This document shows, in pieces, positions 31,289 to 41,329 of a DNA stretch of 64,000 nt. Made by a program: the position numbers and the translations under genes. Below the pieces are notes generated by a model. The model worked only from the letters and a program-made list of their open reading frames with translations. It did not search any database and was not told the DNA's origin. Location of the stretch: contig JAYZEG010000028.1 in assembly GCA_036337435.1 (NCBI GenBank), positions 1 through 64,000 of the forward strand, written 5' to 3'. Position 1 is the stretch's first letter, and each line of letters opens with the position of its first letter. Source of the DNA: Myxococcota bacterium (GTDB lineage: Bacteria; Myxococcota_A; Bradymonadia; UBA7976; UBA1532).

Positions 31289-31552
31289 GTGCTCACGCTC
31301 ACCAGAAAAGTCGGTGAATCTGTTTGTATTGGCGATGACATTAAAGTTGTTGTCAAAGAAGTGAAAGGCAAGCAGGTTCGACTCGGAATTATTGCACCGC
31401 GAGAAGTCTACGTCTGCAGAGAGGAACTCTACGAGAGAATCCATCGTGCAAACGTCGGCGCGGCCGATACGAATGTAAATATCCTCGATTCCATTAGCGG
31501 GTTGTTTTCAAATCCCAAGACGCCGGAGGGAGGTGAATCCGATGAAGATTGA
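31289..31552 (+). CDS. csrA: Carbon storage regulator
   Basis: [18 protein letters not shown]...QVRLGI.AP.EV.V.REELY; AGGAGG SD, GTG start. Confidence 0.96.
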   Translation: MLTLTRKVGESVCIGDDIKVVVKEVKGKQVRLGIIAPREVYVCREELYERIHRANVGAADTNVNILDSISGLFSNPKTPEGGESDED

Positions 31553-32030
31553 AACCTCACGATTCGGCACGATAGAGGTGTCACCCGACCAAGTCTTTAC
31601 ATTCCCAATGGGATTGTTGGGCTTCGCTAAATACAAGGAATTCGTTGTTATCGACCATACGGAGGATAGTCCATTTAAATGGCTGCAGAGTGTGGAAGAA
31701 GGGTCTTTAGCCTTCATCATAACGGATCCCTTGTTTTTCTATAGCAATTACCAAATCAAGGTCAGGCGCAGCGAGCTGTCTATGCTCAACCCCATCAATG
31801 AAGATGATTTGGTCGTTTCAGTAATCATGACAATTCCTGAAAACCCTCAAGATATGACTGCAAACCTGCTTGCTCCGTTAATTTTTAACATGGGTAATCG
31901 AACGGGAATGCAGCATGTTCTGACCAATTCCAATTACTCGGTGAAGTTTTCTGTACTTAAAGAAAAACAGGCCAATCCAGCCCCTGTTCCTGTCGACGGA
32001 AAGCGGCCTAAGGCCATTTCCCTGAGTTGA
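31542..32030 (+). CDS. fliW: Flagellar assembly factor / CsrA antagonist
   Basis: [11 protein letters not shown]...FPMGLLGF...WLQS...DP..F...TANLLAP. Confidence 0.95.
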   Translation: MKIETSRFGTIEVSPDQVFTFPMGLLGFAKYKEFVVIDHTEDSPFKWLQSVEEGSLAFIITDPLFFYSNYQIKVRRSELSMLNPINEDDLVVSVIMTIPENPQDMTANLLAPLIFNMGNRTGMQHVLTNSNYSVKFSVLKEKQANPAPVPVDGKRPKAISLS

Positions 32031-35000
32031 TGGTGGACTCATCGGAGACAAAGTCGGGAACTCCGCGCGCGAGCGCGGTTTTGCCCGGGACAGAGCAACT
32101 TATCGATGGTTGGCCTGCTGCCGAACCGTTCTTTCGTGGAATTGATCGCGCCGTCGATGCGCTTTCAGAGAACCAAACACGAGGGATCGCACAACTCGGG
32201 CGGCGAATTGGTCGGTTTATTCGGTTTAATCGGACTCGTCTTGCACGTTTGTTTGAGTCCTTGGATGACCGAGCGAGGACAGCATTTGCGCTGGTGCCCT
32301 ATTTACTGCATGTCAATGAACCCGACCTTCCGGGCTATGTTTCATCTGGTCGCCTCACATCCCATGGTGTGAGTCAATTTGAGTTTAATGAAACCATTCA
32401 GAGTGCCTTAATGTCGGTCACTCGCCGTAATTCAGTGCGTTCCCCGGCAACTGAGTTTCGACCCGTCATCAGGAGTATCTTCGCTGTAACTGACATTGGC
32501 ACACTCGCACAGCGGCCGGGTGACACGGTAACCCTCTTCTTGGTCGCGGACCTGAGGGGCATGGGCGAGCCACTCAGGCGGCAGCTGACCCGAAAATTGG
32601 AAGAAATTATTGCGTGGAGTTCGCAGCAAGGTCTCAATTTAGGGTTTGAGCTCATCGACCCAGCCTGGTCTAAGGAGGGGGATTTCGGCAATCTACGTGG
32701 GGAAAGAGCGATCGGTATGCTCTTACTCGAACGATTCTATCGAAACGCGATTTTCCTTGCGGGTGAAATTCCTGTTTTCTGGTGCACAACACCTGGTAGC
32801 GATTCGGACAAACACGAAAAAACTGCACGGTTGGCTGCACGGATGGACTTCGACGAAGCGATTTCCTTTGTCGACCTCGGTTTTGTTGAACTGCCCAAGG
32901 TTCGAGTTCGTCGCAGGGCAATGCTGGGTGTATTGAATCACCACCCAGTCTCCCCCCTCTGCACGATTCTTGAACTTGTTTTATTGCTTAACGGTGCGAA
33001 TGCATCGTCATTGCTATGTGATCATATGAAGAGTCGGATCTTTAAGGGCTCTGAAGCGGTTCACTTTATCGATCCCTACATTCTCTTGTTTGATGCAGCA
33101 TCTGTTGCCTTGGGTCATCATGGTGGTTGGCAGAGGCTCGATTTACTTCGGCGTCTTTTCATACTCAAGTCAGCACTTGTAAGCCGCCGATCTACCCGTG
33201 GACGCCGAGCCTTTATCAAGAAACTGCGGGACATGTCAGGGTACATCGTCAGATGGGGTTGGCAGAGGGAGGTCTTGCAGGACGCAGAACGCTTCCAGCG
33301 GAACAATCGGTCTGACTCAGACATCCTCGACAAATTGTTTCGGGAGCAAATTCTCGGGATGTATCGGGAACTGGCGGAGCTTGCAGCGAGTACCCCTGGA
33401 CGGTTTGATGATGAAGAGGTCGCACTTCTTGGCCGCCGACTCGTCGCCTGCTTCGGCCGTAACGGCGGCCAGGTTCCGCCGCGGTATACGTATCTTCTCC
33501 ACGAAAACCCGATGCTCGAAACATTTTTCGTTTTCGACGACGCGAATCCCGAAGCAAGGCGGCGTTGGGGCGTTCATAAAGAATTGGCGGGCCGAAGGCC
33601 TGTCGAGGGGGCCGAACCGGTATTTTCGGCAGATTCTTTGTCAGCTGTTTTAACTTGGGCTGCCGTCAATGTAGTGACGAGAAATCGCACCGAGGTCAAG
33701 ATGGTGAGCTCCGATTCTCTCGTTGGAACAGCCCTTTTAAAGGACGCTCTCAAAGAAGTTGAGACGGCGATTAAAGTTGTTGACCCGCTGACCTTGCCCT
33801 CCTTGCGTTTTTCCAAGCCACGTCGAATTGAACGGGCAATCTTATTGGCGAATTTTGAGCAAAAACGCACCGATGAGCAACAAATGGAGAGAGACCGTCG
33901 GCAGTATCTGCCGAGCAACTGGGATATACTCAACTACGGACGTGATAGAAATAGTCGAGTCCGGGATGTCTCGGTGATTACTCGAGATAGTTGGGATCAG
34001 GTTCAGTGCCGGCGTTCGAGGGGCAGAGATGCGGTTCGTCTCGCCATGAAATACGTCTTTCATGACCGAACGCCTGAGTCATTGCAAGATGCGCCACTGA
34101 CCGTGTTGGTGCCTGATGGTCGTACTCAGCGCGCCGTTCATGACAGACTTCAGCAGTTAATTAATTCCGTCGAGGACGTTGCCTCGACGCCTATCAAAAC
34201 CGGAAGCTTCAGAGCGTTTGCGTATGAAGTGGGCGGTCGTTTCCAAGTAGTGCGACGCGATAACGACCGAATTCGTCTCTTCAACACGCGGTCTCTGGAT
34301 GGGGTGGTGCGACTCCTAAGCCCGTCTGGACTGGGGAATGCGGGTATTCTTTATGACGGATTATCTCCAGCTCTTTCTGATTTGAGAGCGATTACGAAGC
34401 GCATGGAAACGGATTCATCGCTGCAGTTTGCGCTCGGCTGGAGGACGTCGCAGGGCCTTGCTCAGATTACTTTACTCGATCAAACAGGCCGTATTTACCG
34501 CAGGAAAGTCAATCCTAAGCAGCTTGACGACGCTCTTGTAAGAATTGCCCGGCGCATCATTCATAGCATCAGGCATCGGGTTCGAGATATGCGAACCTTG
34601 AGGCGAGTCGTCCGTGTTTTCGAACTGCGAGATGGTGAGACGCAAGGAGGTCAATCTCACCTCTACGAAGATACGGTTCGAATTCTACGCTTACTCGGCG
34701 AGCCCAGACCATCTCACCCTGAAATATTTTTGCGGGGTGATCTTGTTGATGGACGTGACGGGATTTTCTTCGAGTACGATGATCAGACCTTTCATCCTCG
34801 GGAACAGGGGCGAACGTTCATCATGAATCTGGTGAAGAAGTTATTATCCGATAAATCAAAGTACAGTCAGGTCAATTTATTCATCGAAGCCTCGACCGTC
34901 GATTTTCCGGATAGCGATAATTCACGCCACATTACAAGCGTCGTTCGGCAGCTGAGATTGATCGACTTGTACGAACGACTTTTGGCCCGGGCACTGCTAT

Positions 35001-35062
35001 CCCTGAGGGGACGGCCGAGCGTTCCCTTGAGCAGCACCTCAAGTTACAGGAGCCAAGAATGA
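32027..35062 (+). CDS. Class I (CyaA-type) adenylate cyclase homologue lacking catalytic residues
   Basis: LVPYLLHVNEPDLPGYV, LLLERFYRNAIFLAG and DPY match class I ACs; the GS...SDxD motif is replaced by TD...DTVT. Confidence 0.85.
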   Translation: MMVDSSETKSGTPRASAVLPGTEQLIDGWPAAEPFFRGIDRAVDALSENQTRGIAQLGRRIGRFIRFNRTRLARLFESLDDRARTAFALVPYLLHVNEPDLPGYVSSGRLTSHGVSQFEFNETIQSALMSVTRRNSVRSPATEFRPVIRSIFAVTDIGTLAQRPGDTVTLFLVADLRGMGEPLRRQLTRKLEEIIAWSSQQGLNLGFELIDPAWSKEGDFGNLRGERAIGMLLLERFYRNAIFLAGEIPVFWCTTPGSDSDKHEKTARLAARMDFDEAISFVDLGFVELPKVRVRRRAMLGVLNHHPVSPLCTILELVLLLNGANASSLLCDHMKSRIFKGSEAVHFIDPYILLFDAASVALGHHGGWQRLDLLRRLFILKSALVSRRSTRGRRAFIKKLRDMSGYIVRWGWQREVLQDAERFQRNNRSDSDILDKLFREQILGMYRELAELAASTPGRFDDEEVALLGRRLVACFGRNGGQVPPRYTYLLHENPMLETFFVFDDANPEARRRWGVHKELAGRRPVEGAEPVFSADSLSAVLTWAAVNVVTRNRTEVKMVSSDSLVGTALLKDALKEVETAIKVVDPLTLPSLRFSKPRRIERAILLANFEQKRTDEQQMERDRRQYLPSNWDILNYGRDRNSRVRDVSVITRDSWDQVQCRRSRGRDAVRLAMKYVFHDRTPESLQDAPLTVLVPDGRTQRAVHDRLQQLINSVEDVASTPIKTGSFRAFAYEVGGRFQVVRRDNDRIRLFNTRSLDGVVRLLSPSGLGNAGILYDGLSPALSDLRAITKRMETDSSLQFALGWRTSQGLAQITLLDQTGRIYRRKVNPKQLDDALVRIARRIIHSIRHRVRDMRTLRRVVRVFELRDGETQGGQSHLYEDTVRILRLLGEPRPSHPEIFLRGDLVDGRDGIFFEYDDQTFHPREQGRTFIMNLVKKLLSDKSKYSQVNLFIEASTVDFPDSDNSRHITSVVRQLRLIDLYERLLARALLSLRGRPSVPLSSTSSYRSQE

Positions 35063-35877
35063 AACCCATAACGGCTTTTCTAGTCACGGTCTTTACCTTG
35101 GGTGTGGCGGCAGCCTCCGCGAAGACAGAACTCGACCCACTTATGGTCGTCGGTGTTTATAGACCCCTTGAAATGGATGGTCGGCGTGTTCACACACCTC
35201 GAATTGTCTACTTGAAAACGGCTGAGGGCAGAAAAAAACCGTCGGTTGGCGATGTCTTAGGCATTTTTAGGATGAACGGTCAGCCGCATCAATTTGGTGC
35301 ATCGTATTTCGAACAGCCTGCTTTTAACCCATTTTCGGAGATAAACTCAGATTCTCGTTTTGTCGTTCAAAGATCTGAGTCAATCTCTCGACGTCAAATC
35401 CGCCGCGGTTCAAAATTTAGATTACAACCGGCCGGACGACTTGACGATACGGATGTGGGTCGGCCAGCAGGCTTTTCCACCGACCGGTCCGCTTCACCGA
35501 CCAAGCCGGCCGACCCTCCCGTGCGTATGCCCGGTGGGCAGGTTTTCCCGGGTCTCGATGCAGTAATGCTTAGAGTCGGTGCAGTTCGAGTAAGCCATGT
35601 TCGTGGTGAGACGATCGTGGGTGAGATCTTAGAAGACGGTCTCTCTAAAAGCACCACCGACGAAAAGCGTGAAGAATTGAGAGCCCTCGCGATCATGGTC
35701 GGGGATGTGGCAAAGTTAGAAAAAGGGCAGGTTGCATCTAAATCGGTGGTGACGATTTTAAAACCCATAAATCAAAAGCAGCTCAAACGTGAACGAGATC
35801 GGTTGTCTCGCGATCTAAAACGCAAAGCTCGAAAACCAAAACCGTATAGACGTGCGGTCATGAAATGGGATCTTTAG
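35059..35877 (+). CDS. Hypothetical exported basic protein
   Basis: ATGA overlap; signal peptide ending ASA; K/R-rich C-terminus. Confidence 0.7.
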   Translation: MKPITAFLVTVFTLGVAAASAKTELDPLMVVGVYRPLEMDGRRVHTPRIVYLKTAEGRKKPSVGDVLGIFRMNGQPHQFGASYFEQPAFNPFSEINSDSRFVVQRSESISRRQIRRGSKFRLQPAGRLDDTDVGRPAGFSTDRSASPTKPADPPVRMPGGQVFPGLDAVMLRVGAVRVSHVRGETIVGEILEDGLSKSTTDEKREELRALAIMVGDVAKLEKGQVASKSVVTILKPINQKQLKRERDRLSRDLKRKARKPKPYRRAVMKWDL

Positions 35878-35986
35878 GGCAAAAAATGGACAATATTTGG
35901 TGCTCTATGTAAGTGGAACGTACGGGCCGGACAGTCGCCTGATAATGGCGCTTGATCATGATTCCGGTTTTTTCGTTATTTTTGAT

Positions 35987-36013
35987 TAAAGTTCTCTCTG
36001 AAGAGGACGATGA
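35987..36013 (+). promoter_or_regulatory. Sigma28 promoter of fliS
   Basis: TAAA-N15-GACGATGA. Confidence 0.65.
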
Positions 36014-36099
36014 ATTTATAGGGGACGGGCGTAACGCCTGACGTCTGTTTGGTTTATGCCGAGCAGCACCCGGCTTTATTTGGTTTCGAGGGAGAGCAA

Positions 36100-36576
36100 A
36101 TGTACGCGAAAAACGGCTACGGACAGAGCAGCTTTCAGCGTTATCGTGCTGTTAAGATTCAGACGGCATCGCCCGCTCAGATCATGCTTATGCTCTACGA
36201 TGGCGCAATTCGATTTGCTCTGATTGCGAAGAAAAAGATAGATGAGAAAGACTATGCCGGGAAGGGGACTTACATCGGTAAAGTCCAAGCGATCGTCAGC
36301 GAATTGATGAGCAGCCTCGATTTCTCAATGGCCCCTGAATTGTGTGAACGTTTAGAGCAATTGTACCTCTACATGCTCGAGCGCTTGACAGAAGCAAATC
36401 TTGATCTGAAGACCGAACCACTTGACGAAGTGGTCAAATTATTGAAAACCTTGCGCGAGGGCTGGAACGAAGCCTTGACCAGCTTGCCGAATGACCCGAC
36501 TAAGAATCGGGCGCCGACAGGTGGTTCTCGGGCAAGTATCCAACGGCCGCCCTCTGGAGGGTCAGGCAAGAGTTGA
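36100..36576 (+). CDS. fliS: Flagellin export chaperone
   Basis: Y....IQTASP.Q...MLYDGAIRF; EL..SLD; LY.YM...L..AN; LREGW. Confidence 0.95.
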   Translation: MYAKNGYGQSSFQRYRAVKIQTASPAQIMLMLYDGAIRFALIAKKKIDEKDYAGKGTYIGKVQAIVSELMSSLDFSMAPELCERLEQLYLYMLERLTEANLDLKTEPLDEVVKLLKTLREGWNEALTSLPNDPTKNRAPTGGSRASIQRPPSGGSGKS

Positions 36577-36935
36577 GCAGAGCTCACATCGAAGAGTTAA
36601 AGACGCTTGGTGATGAATGCAGGCGTGTTTTAAAAGAAGTCCGCTCGGGTACACCGGCGGACTTTTTACATTTCAGCGAGGAGTTCGATGCCATTCTCGC
36701 GCGTCTTCCCGCGCCCGCTGAGCTCAAGAAACTTTCTCAATCAGAAGAGCAAGAACTTAAACGCGTTTTGCGTGATGTGGAGCGAATACGGAAACAGTTG
36801 GCGTCGGAACTTATGAATATTCGCGGGGATTTAGTCAACAAGTTGACGGATATGAGCAAGGGCCAAATTGGTCTAGATGCGTACCGTAAAGCACTGGTTG
36901 GTACCAAAAGCGGTACCCGCCGCGGATCGGGGTAA
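36573..36935 (+). CDS. Helical protein, probable FliT-like chaperone
   Basis: TTGA overlap with fliS; 120 aa coiled-coil with C-terminal AY; adjacent to fliD. Confidence 0.55.
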   Translation: MSRAHIEELKTLGDECRRVLKEVRSGTPADFLHFSEEFDAILARLPAPAELKKLSQSEEQELKRVLRDVERIRKQLASELMNIRGDLVNKLTDMSKGQIGLDAYRKALVGTKSGTRRGSG

Positions 36936-36958
36936 TGTTTAGTTCAAAGTAGGCCGTT

Positions 36959-39214
36959 CTACTTCTTCTTCGTACTCCCGCTGATGGCTTCCATCTGCTG
37001 GGTTATATAGCTGCCCAATGCGTCTAATTTACCCATGGTCACTTCCATATTGGTAAATTGTCGGCGCAACCGTTCCTCTTGCATTGACATTCGGCGCTGC
37101 TGTTTAAGAATTTCACCTTCTAGGCTTTCGATCCGGGTCGTGACACCTTCTGCCCGGCTCTTGAGAACTCCACGAAAACCGATCAACCCATTGATGATGC
37201 CCGGGAATTTCTCGGCAAGACCATCCACAATCCGGACTTTACCCATTGGGCCGGATGTATCATCGGGGATTGTGACCTCGATCCCCTCGACGCTAAACCC
37301 CATTCCACCCTTGAGCCGGTTACCTTCAACTATGGTCGCTGGTACACCCCCGATCAATCCTTCAAGATCGGTTCCAATCGCTTCTTGTTCTGCGTTTCCA
37401 ATTCGGCTTGTGCCGGCGGCTGCAGCAAGGTTAGATTGCACCGCTATCTTGTAGTCGTCACCGTACTCTGTGCTGCGGAAAGTAATCGCACCTGTTGCAT
37501 CCAGAAATGCCGTCATGTCGAGAGAACTTTGCTCGAAACGGTCATTGAACTTGGTGATTTGCTGTTCTGGGGTGTCCCCGGCGAGCAATGAGACACTGAA
37601 TTCGAAGGGGTTACCATCGGTTTGTGCACGGCGATTGAAGGTCAACGAGATCTCTTCATCGGCAGCCAGCACCTCCGCGGGTGCTGCAGCTGTCAGTTGC
37701 GCGCGGGTTCGTGCCTGAGTGACGTTCACATCGTAGGTGCCAGGCTTTGTTGACGAAGTTCTCTTGGTGAACTTGAAGTCGCCAGACATTCGCTCGCCAA
37801 ATCGAGTCAAGACCCGTTCGACGGCCGTGGGGTCGTCCCTCATCAACGTACTGAGCTTCATCGGATTAAAGCTAACAATCCCCGTTTTCTCGTTCGAGTC
37901 TATGCCTAGCTCAGAAAGTGAGCTCACTTCAGAGCTTCCGAGGCCATCCATACGAGCAGAGATAATTCGCTTTATGTCACGGTCGACTTGACGCGCCGCT
38001 GAATCGCCATTGAGGGGTGGTGCTAGGCCGCCTTTAGACGGATCAAAAGCAAAATGTTGTCGGAGAAAACCGACAACACCATTGTAGGCACCGATAAACG
38101 CGGTGAGCGTTTCCTCAACGCTACCGGAATCCTTTTCAACAGTTATATTGACGGTTTCATTCGGGGAGGCTGACGCAAGGTCAAATGTCAGCCCCTCAAA
38201 GACATCATTCACCACGTTGGAGTTTTTTCTCACAGTGATTCCATTGACTTCAATGATGGAATCTTGCGGTGTTCTTAATTCAGGATTGAACACGTCTATC
38301 GTGAACGTATCGCCTTCCCTGAGTGTGCCATCGTCTTCAAAATTTATGGTCACGCCATCTGCCAAGGCGATAGGGCCTCCACTTGTCACGTCAAACCCAA
38401 GTCCACCATTGTCGTCAAACGTCAAACCACCGTCGGTTGATAACCGATATTTGGCGGTTCCATCGGCTAATCCCTCTGTGATCACCTCCACGATGAAGCT
38501 GGTGTTTGCTGTGCCTGTATACGTACCAGCGGAGGTCACAGAACCTTCGTAATCGCCCGCGTTATCTTTATCGGCAACGGCTTCTTCGATCTGTGTATTG
38601 CCGAAATCGAGGGTGGTATCGTTTTGGGTGATGATGATTGTACCGGCTTCACCCTCTTTGGTCGCTGTCAGAACAAGGCGTTGGGAATTCGTACTCGTGC
38701 CATCGTCTACAATGGTTGCTGTCACACCTTTTTTGGCATCATTTATCGCATTGGCAAAACTTTGAAGTGATGTTGATGGTCCGACATCCAGCTCGACCTC
38801 GCTGCCTGTCGTGCCGAGTTTGAAGGCGAACACCCCATCTTCAGCGGCAACGCCCGTCCCGGTTTTGTCGACGAAACCTTGAGCTGCAATACGGTGCGAC
38901 GTCGCGATCTGCTTTACTTTGACCGCATACGTACCAGGCTCAACGTCGCCGGAACGACTTCTGGCCGAGAGGACAGCCGTATTGCTTGAATTAACTTGAA
39001 GCTCCCCAAAAATATTATCATCACTGAATTTCGACGCTGCTCTCTTGAGCCCGTCTAATCGGCCAGTCAGGTCATCATAGGCCGCTTTCTTTTGTTCTTC
39101 TAAAGCGATTCGTCTTTGAATCTGGAATATGCGCTGCTCTTCCAGCGCCATGAGCTGCGCAATAATGCTATCGGAATCAATTCCACTGGCGAGGCCGCCA
39201 ACTGCAATTCCCAT
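36959..39214 (-). CDS. fliD: Flagellar filament cap protein
   Basis: GLASGID...I.QLM..E; N-terminal HAP2 region; LRRQFTNME C-terminus; 751 aa. Confidence 0.95.
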   Translation of the reverse strand: MGIAVGGLASGIDSDSIIAQLMALEEQRIFQIQRRIALEEQKKAAYDDLTGRLDGLKRAASKFSDDNIFGELQVNSSNTAVLSARSRSGDVEPGTYAVKVKQIATSHRIAAQGFVDKTGTGVAAEDGVFAFKLGTTGSEVELDVGPSTSLQSFANAINDAKKGVTATIVDDGTSTNSQRLVLTATKEGEAGTIIITQNDTTLDFGNTQIEEAVADKDNAGDYEGSVTSAGTYTGTANTSFIVEVITEGLADGTAKYRLSTDGGLTFDDNGGLGFDVTSGGPIALADGVTINFEDDGTLREGDTFTIDVFNPELRTPQDSIIEVNGITVRKNSNVVNDVFEGLTFDLASASPNETVNITVEKDSGSVEETLTAFIGAYNGVVGFLRQHFAFDPSKGGLAPPLNGDSAARQVDRDIKRIISARMDGLGSSEVSSLSELGIDSNEKTGIVSFNPMKLSTLMRDDPTAVERVLTRFGERMSGDFKFTKRTSSTKPGTYDVNVTQARTRAQLTAAAPAEVLAADEEISLTFNRRAQTDGNPFEFSVSLLAGDTPEQQITKFNDRFEQSSLDMTAFLDATGAITFRSTEYGDDYKIAVQSNLAAAAGTSRIGNAEQEAIGTDLEGLIGGVPATIVEGNRLKGGMGFSVEGIEVTIPDDTSGPMGKVRIVDGLAEKFPGIINGLIGFRGVLKSRAEGVTTRIESLEGEILKQQRRMSMQEERLRRQFTNMEVTMGKLDALGSYITQQMEAISGSTKKK

Positions 39215-39288
39215 TTTTCAACCCTCCTAAATCTTCAATGACCATGATTCGCTTTCGCTAAATAAGTCATTTTTCACCGATCTACACA

Positions 39289-39304
39289 TGCACACATTGT
39301 GCCA
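39289..39304 (-). promoter_or_regulatory. Sigma54 promoter of fliD
   Basis: TGGCACAATGTGTGCA on the minus strand, GG-N10-GC, same -12 GTGCA as the flgF promoter. Confidence 0.75.
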
Positions 39305-39314
39305 TTTTTCGCGT

Positions 39315-39350
39315 AAAAAGGTGGCGGAACGGGGAAACCCCGTTCCGCCA
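39315..39350 (-). terminator. Intrinsic terminator
   Basis: Perfect 13-bp stem TGGCGGAACGGGG/CCCCGTTCCGCCA followed by CCTTTTT on the minus strand. Confidence 0.88.
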
Positions 39351-39880
39351 ATTGCGACGATCAGTTTACCAAGTCTACGCACCCCCCGCTCGGGCGTCAC
39401 GTAGTCGTTTTATTTGGACCGCTCCTTAGTCCATAATATTCGCATAGTGCTCGAATGCGACCACTACTTTTCAGCCAGGGCGGAAGGCCACCAATAAGTG
39501 ACTCTCACGGACCCAATCGTCAGTCTTAGCGCCACACTAGACTGACATAGCCGCGCGGAGCGACGTCTCGACTGAAGGGAACGCTGGGCCTGGATGGCGT
39601 ATGCACCCCGGCCTGGTTTCCTCCTGGTAACGAAGTATGAGGAGGGCACACTTCATTACTCATTCGCCAAGCAAGCCAGCGACATCTCCTGAAGAGGTTC
39701 GCTGCGCGCGGCCGCAGGGTAGAAACCCATGCTGCTGCTCCGCAGTTTGTGCTCCAAGTGAAGAGTCACCGACTGATCGAGTTTTAACAGGCCAGCCAAA
39801 ACTCGCGTCCTGATTTGGCAAACCAATCATCACGATGGGTTCCTATTGAGGATGGAGCCCTCTATAGGAACCCATTATGC
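39351..39880 (-). ncRNA. Candidate large structured non-coding RNA or structured 3' UTR of flagellin 1
   Basis: Nested long-range helices and many local hairpins; G-U pairs favour the minus strand; ends at a terminator. Confidence 0.6.
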
Positions 39881-39882
39881 TG

Positions 39883-41325
39883 CTAGCCTAACAAGGACAG
39901 AGCGATGTTTGGCTGCTGGTTCGCCTGTGCCAAGACACTGACACCAGCCTGCTGCACAATCTTGTTCTTCGAGAACACCGCTGTCTCTGAGGCAAAATCC
40001 GCATCTTGGATTCGGCTTCGGGACGCACTCAAGTTCTCAGAACTAACCTCTAAGTTTCTGACGGTCGATGCGAGTCGGTTTTGAACCGCACCCAGCTCAC
40101 TTCGGAACGACGACACTTGACTGATTGCAATATCGAGTGTCGATATCGCATCATTAGCACCTTCTCGTGATGTCACGTCGAGATTACTCACCGAGAACTC
40201 GTCGTTTACACCGAACAAAGACGCTCCAGCACCACCGACATCACCGAGCTTACTGATCGCCGCTCCAGTGAGATCGAATTGTTGCTCCGATTGAAGTGTC
40301 AATCGACCACCAGTAACAGTTGTTCCTGCAGCACCAAGACCCACTCGCGAACCATTTCCAGACACGGTCAGCTCGATGTTGCGTCCATCTTCTGCGGTCA
40401 AAACCATCCTGTTGTCTACGTCGAGACTGGCAACAACACCTGTCTCGTCACTGACAGCATTGATTTGGTTGACCAATGTGTCATCAGCGTCGTTGTCCTG
40501 AACAGCAAAGCCCGTCAGAACAGTCCCATTTATGGAGATGTTGTTTGTTGAGTCCATCGTCACAGCGGTGATGTCTGATTCAGCAACAATCTCTGTCTTC
40601 TCCACGATGGCGGTAACACCGGTGAATTCAGACGAATCATTAATCGCAGCCGCTTTTGAAATTGCGGATGCTGCGTTAAGTGTCGTCGACAAAGAGTCAT
40701 CAGCGGCTACAGTCGAACGGACTGTAACACCTCTAATGACAACGTCTCCATCGGACAGTGCATCTCCAGCTCCACCCACTGTAATGTCGGTTGAACTTTC
40801 GTACTTGGCCTGACGACCAAGAGACGTTGATCGAGCATCTTTGACAGAAATCGACAAATTTTCTCGGAAGTTTGCACCAATGTGAAATTTCGCACCGGTG
40901 AAGCTGCCGTCGAGCAATGTCTGATTATTGAATGTCGTCTTTGTCGCAATGCGGTCAAGCTCGTCTACCAGAGCAGTAACTTCTTCCTGGATAGACTCTC
41001 TGTCTGCATCTGTGTTGGTATCATTGGCCGATTGAACGGACAGCTCGCGCATTCTTTGCAGAATTGCACCGCTCTCTTGCAAACCACCTTCCGCGGTTTG
41101 TGCGAGCGAAACGCCGTCGTTTGTATTTCGAATGGCTTGGTTGAGACCACGGATTTGTGTACTGAAGCGCTCCGAAATGGCAAGCCCTGCAGCATCATCT
41201 TTAGCGCTGTTGATCCGAAGACCAGAAGACAATCGCTGAAAGGATTGTCCCAAAGAGCGCGTAGTTTCATTCATATTACGACGCGCATTAATAGACGCGA
41301 CGTTAGTATTAACGTAAAGACCCAT
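39883..41325 (-). CDS. fliC: Flagellin 1 (480 aa)
   Basis: VNTN...RLSSGLRINSAKDDAAGLAISE; LGAVQNRL...SRIQDADFA.E...QAG.SVLAQANQ. Confidence 0.98.
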   Translation of the reverse strand: MGLYVNTNVASINARRNMNETTRSLGQSFQRLSSGLRINSAKDDAAGLAISERFSTQIRGLNQAIRNTNDGVSLAQTAEGGLQESGAILQRMRELSVQSANDTNTDADRESIQEEVTALVDELDRIATKTTFNNQTLLDGSFTGAKFHIGANFRENLSISVKDARSTSLGRQAKYESSTDITVGGAGDALSDGDVVIRGVTVRSTVAADDSLSTTLNAASAISKAAAINDSSEFTGVTAIVEKTEIVAESDITAVTMDSTNNISINGTVLTGFAVQDNDADDTLVNQINAVSDETGVVASLDVDNRMVLTAEDGRNIELTVSGNGSRVGLGAAGTTVTGGRLTLQSEQQFDLTGAAISKLGDVGGAGASLFGVNDEFSVSNLDVTSREGANDAISTLDIAISQVSSFRSELGAVQNRLASTVRNLEVSSENLSASRSRIQDADFASETAVFSKNKIVQQAGVSVLAQANQQPNIALSLLG

Positions 41326-41329
41326 CTTT

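Noticed and set aside
39464..39649. 61-aa ORF inside the structured region
   Set aside because: GTG start buried in a 13-bp stem, no SD, non-protein-like composition
39351..39880. tmRNA, RNase P RNA, SRP RNA, group I/II intron or CsrB-type sponge
   Set aside because: No tRNA-like ends, no GAGGAAAGUCC, no domain V or P7 signature; GGA count is about what chance predicts
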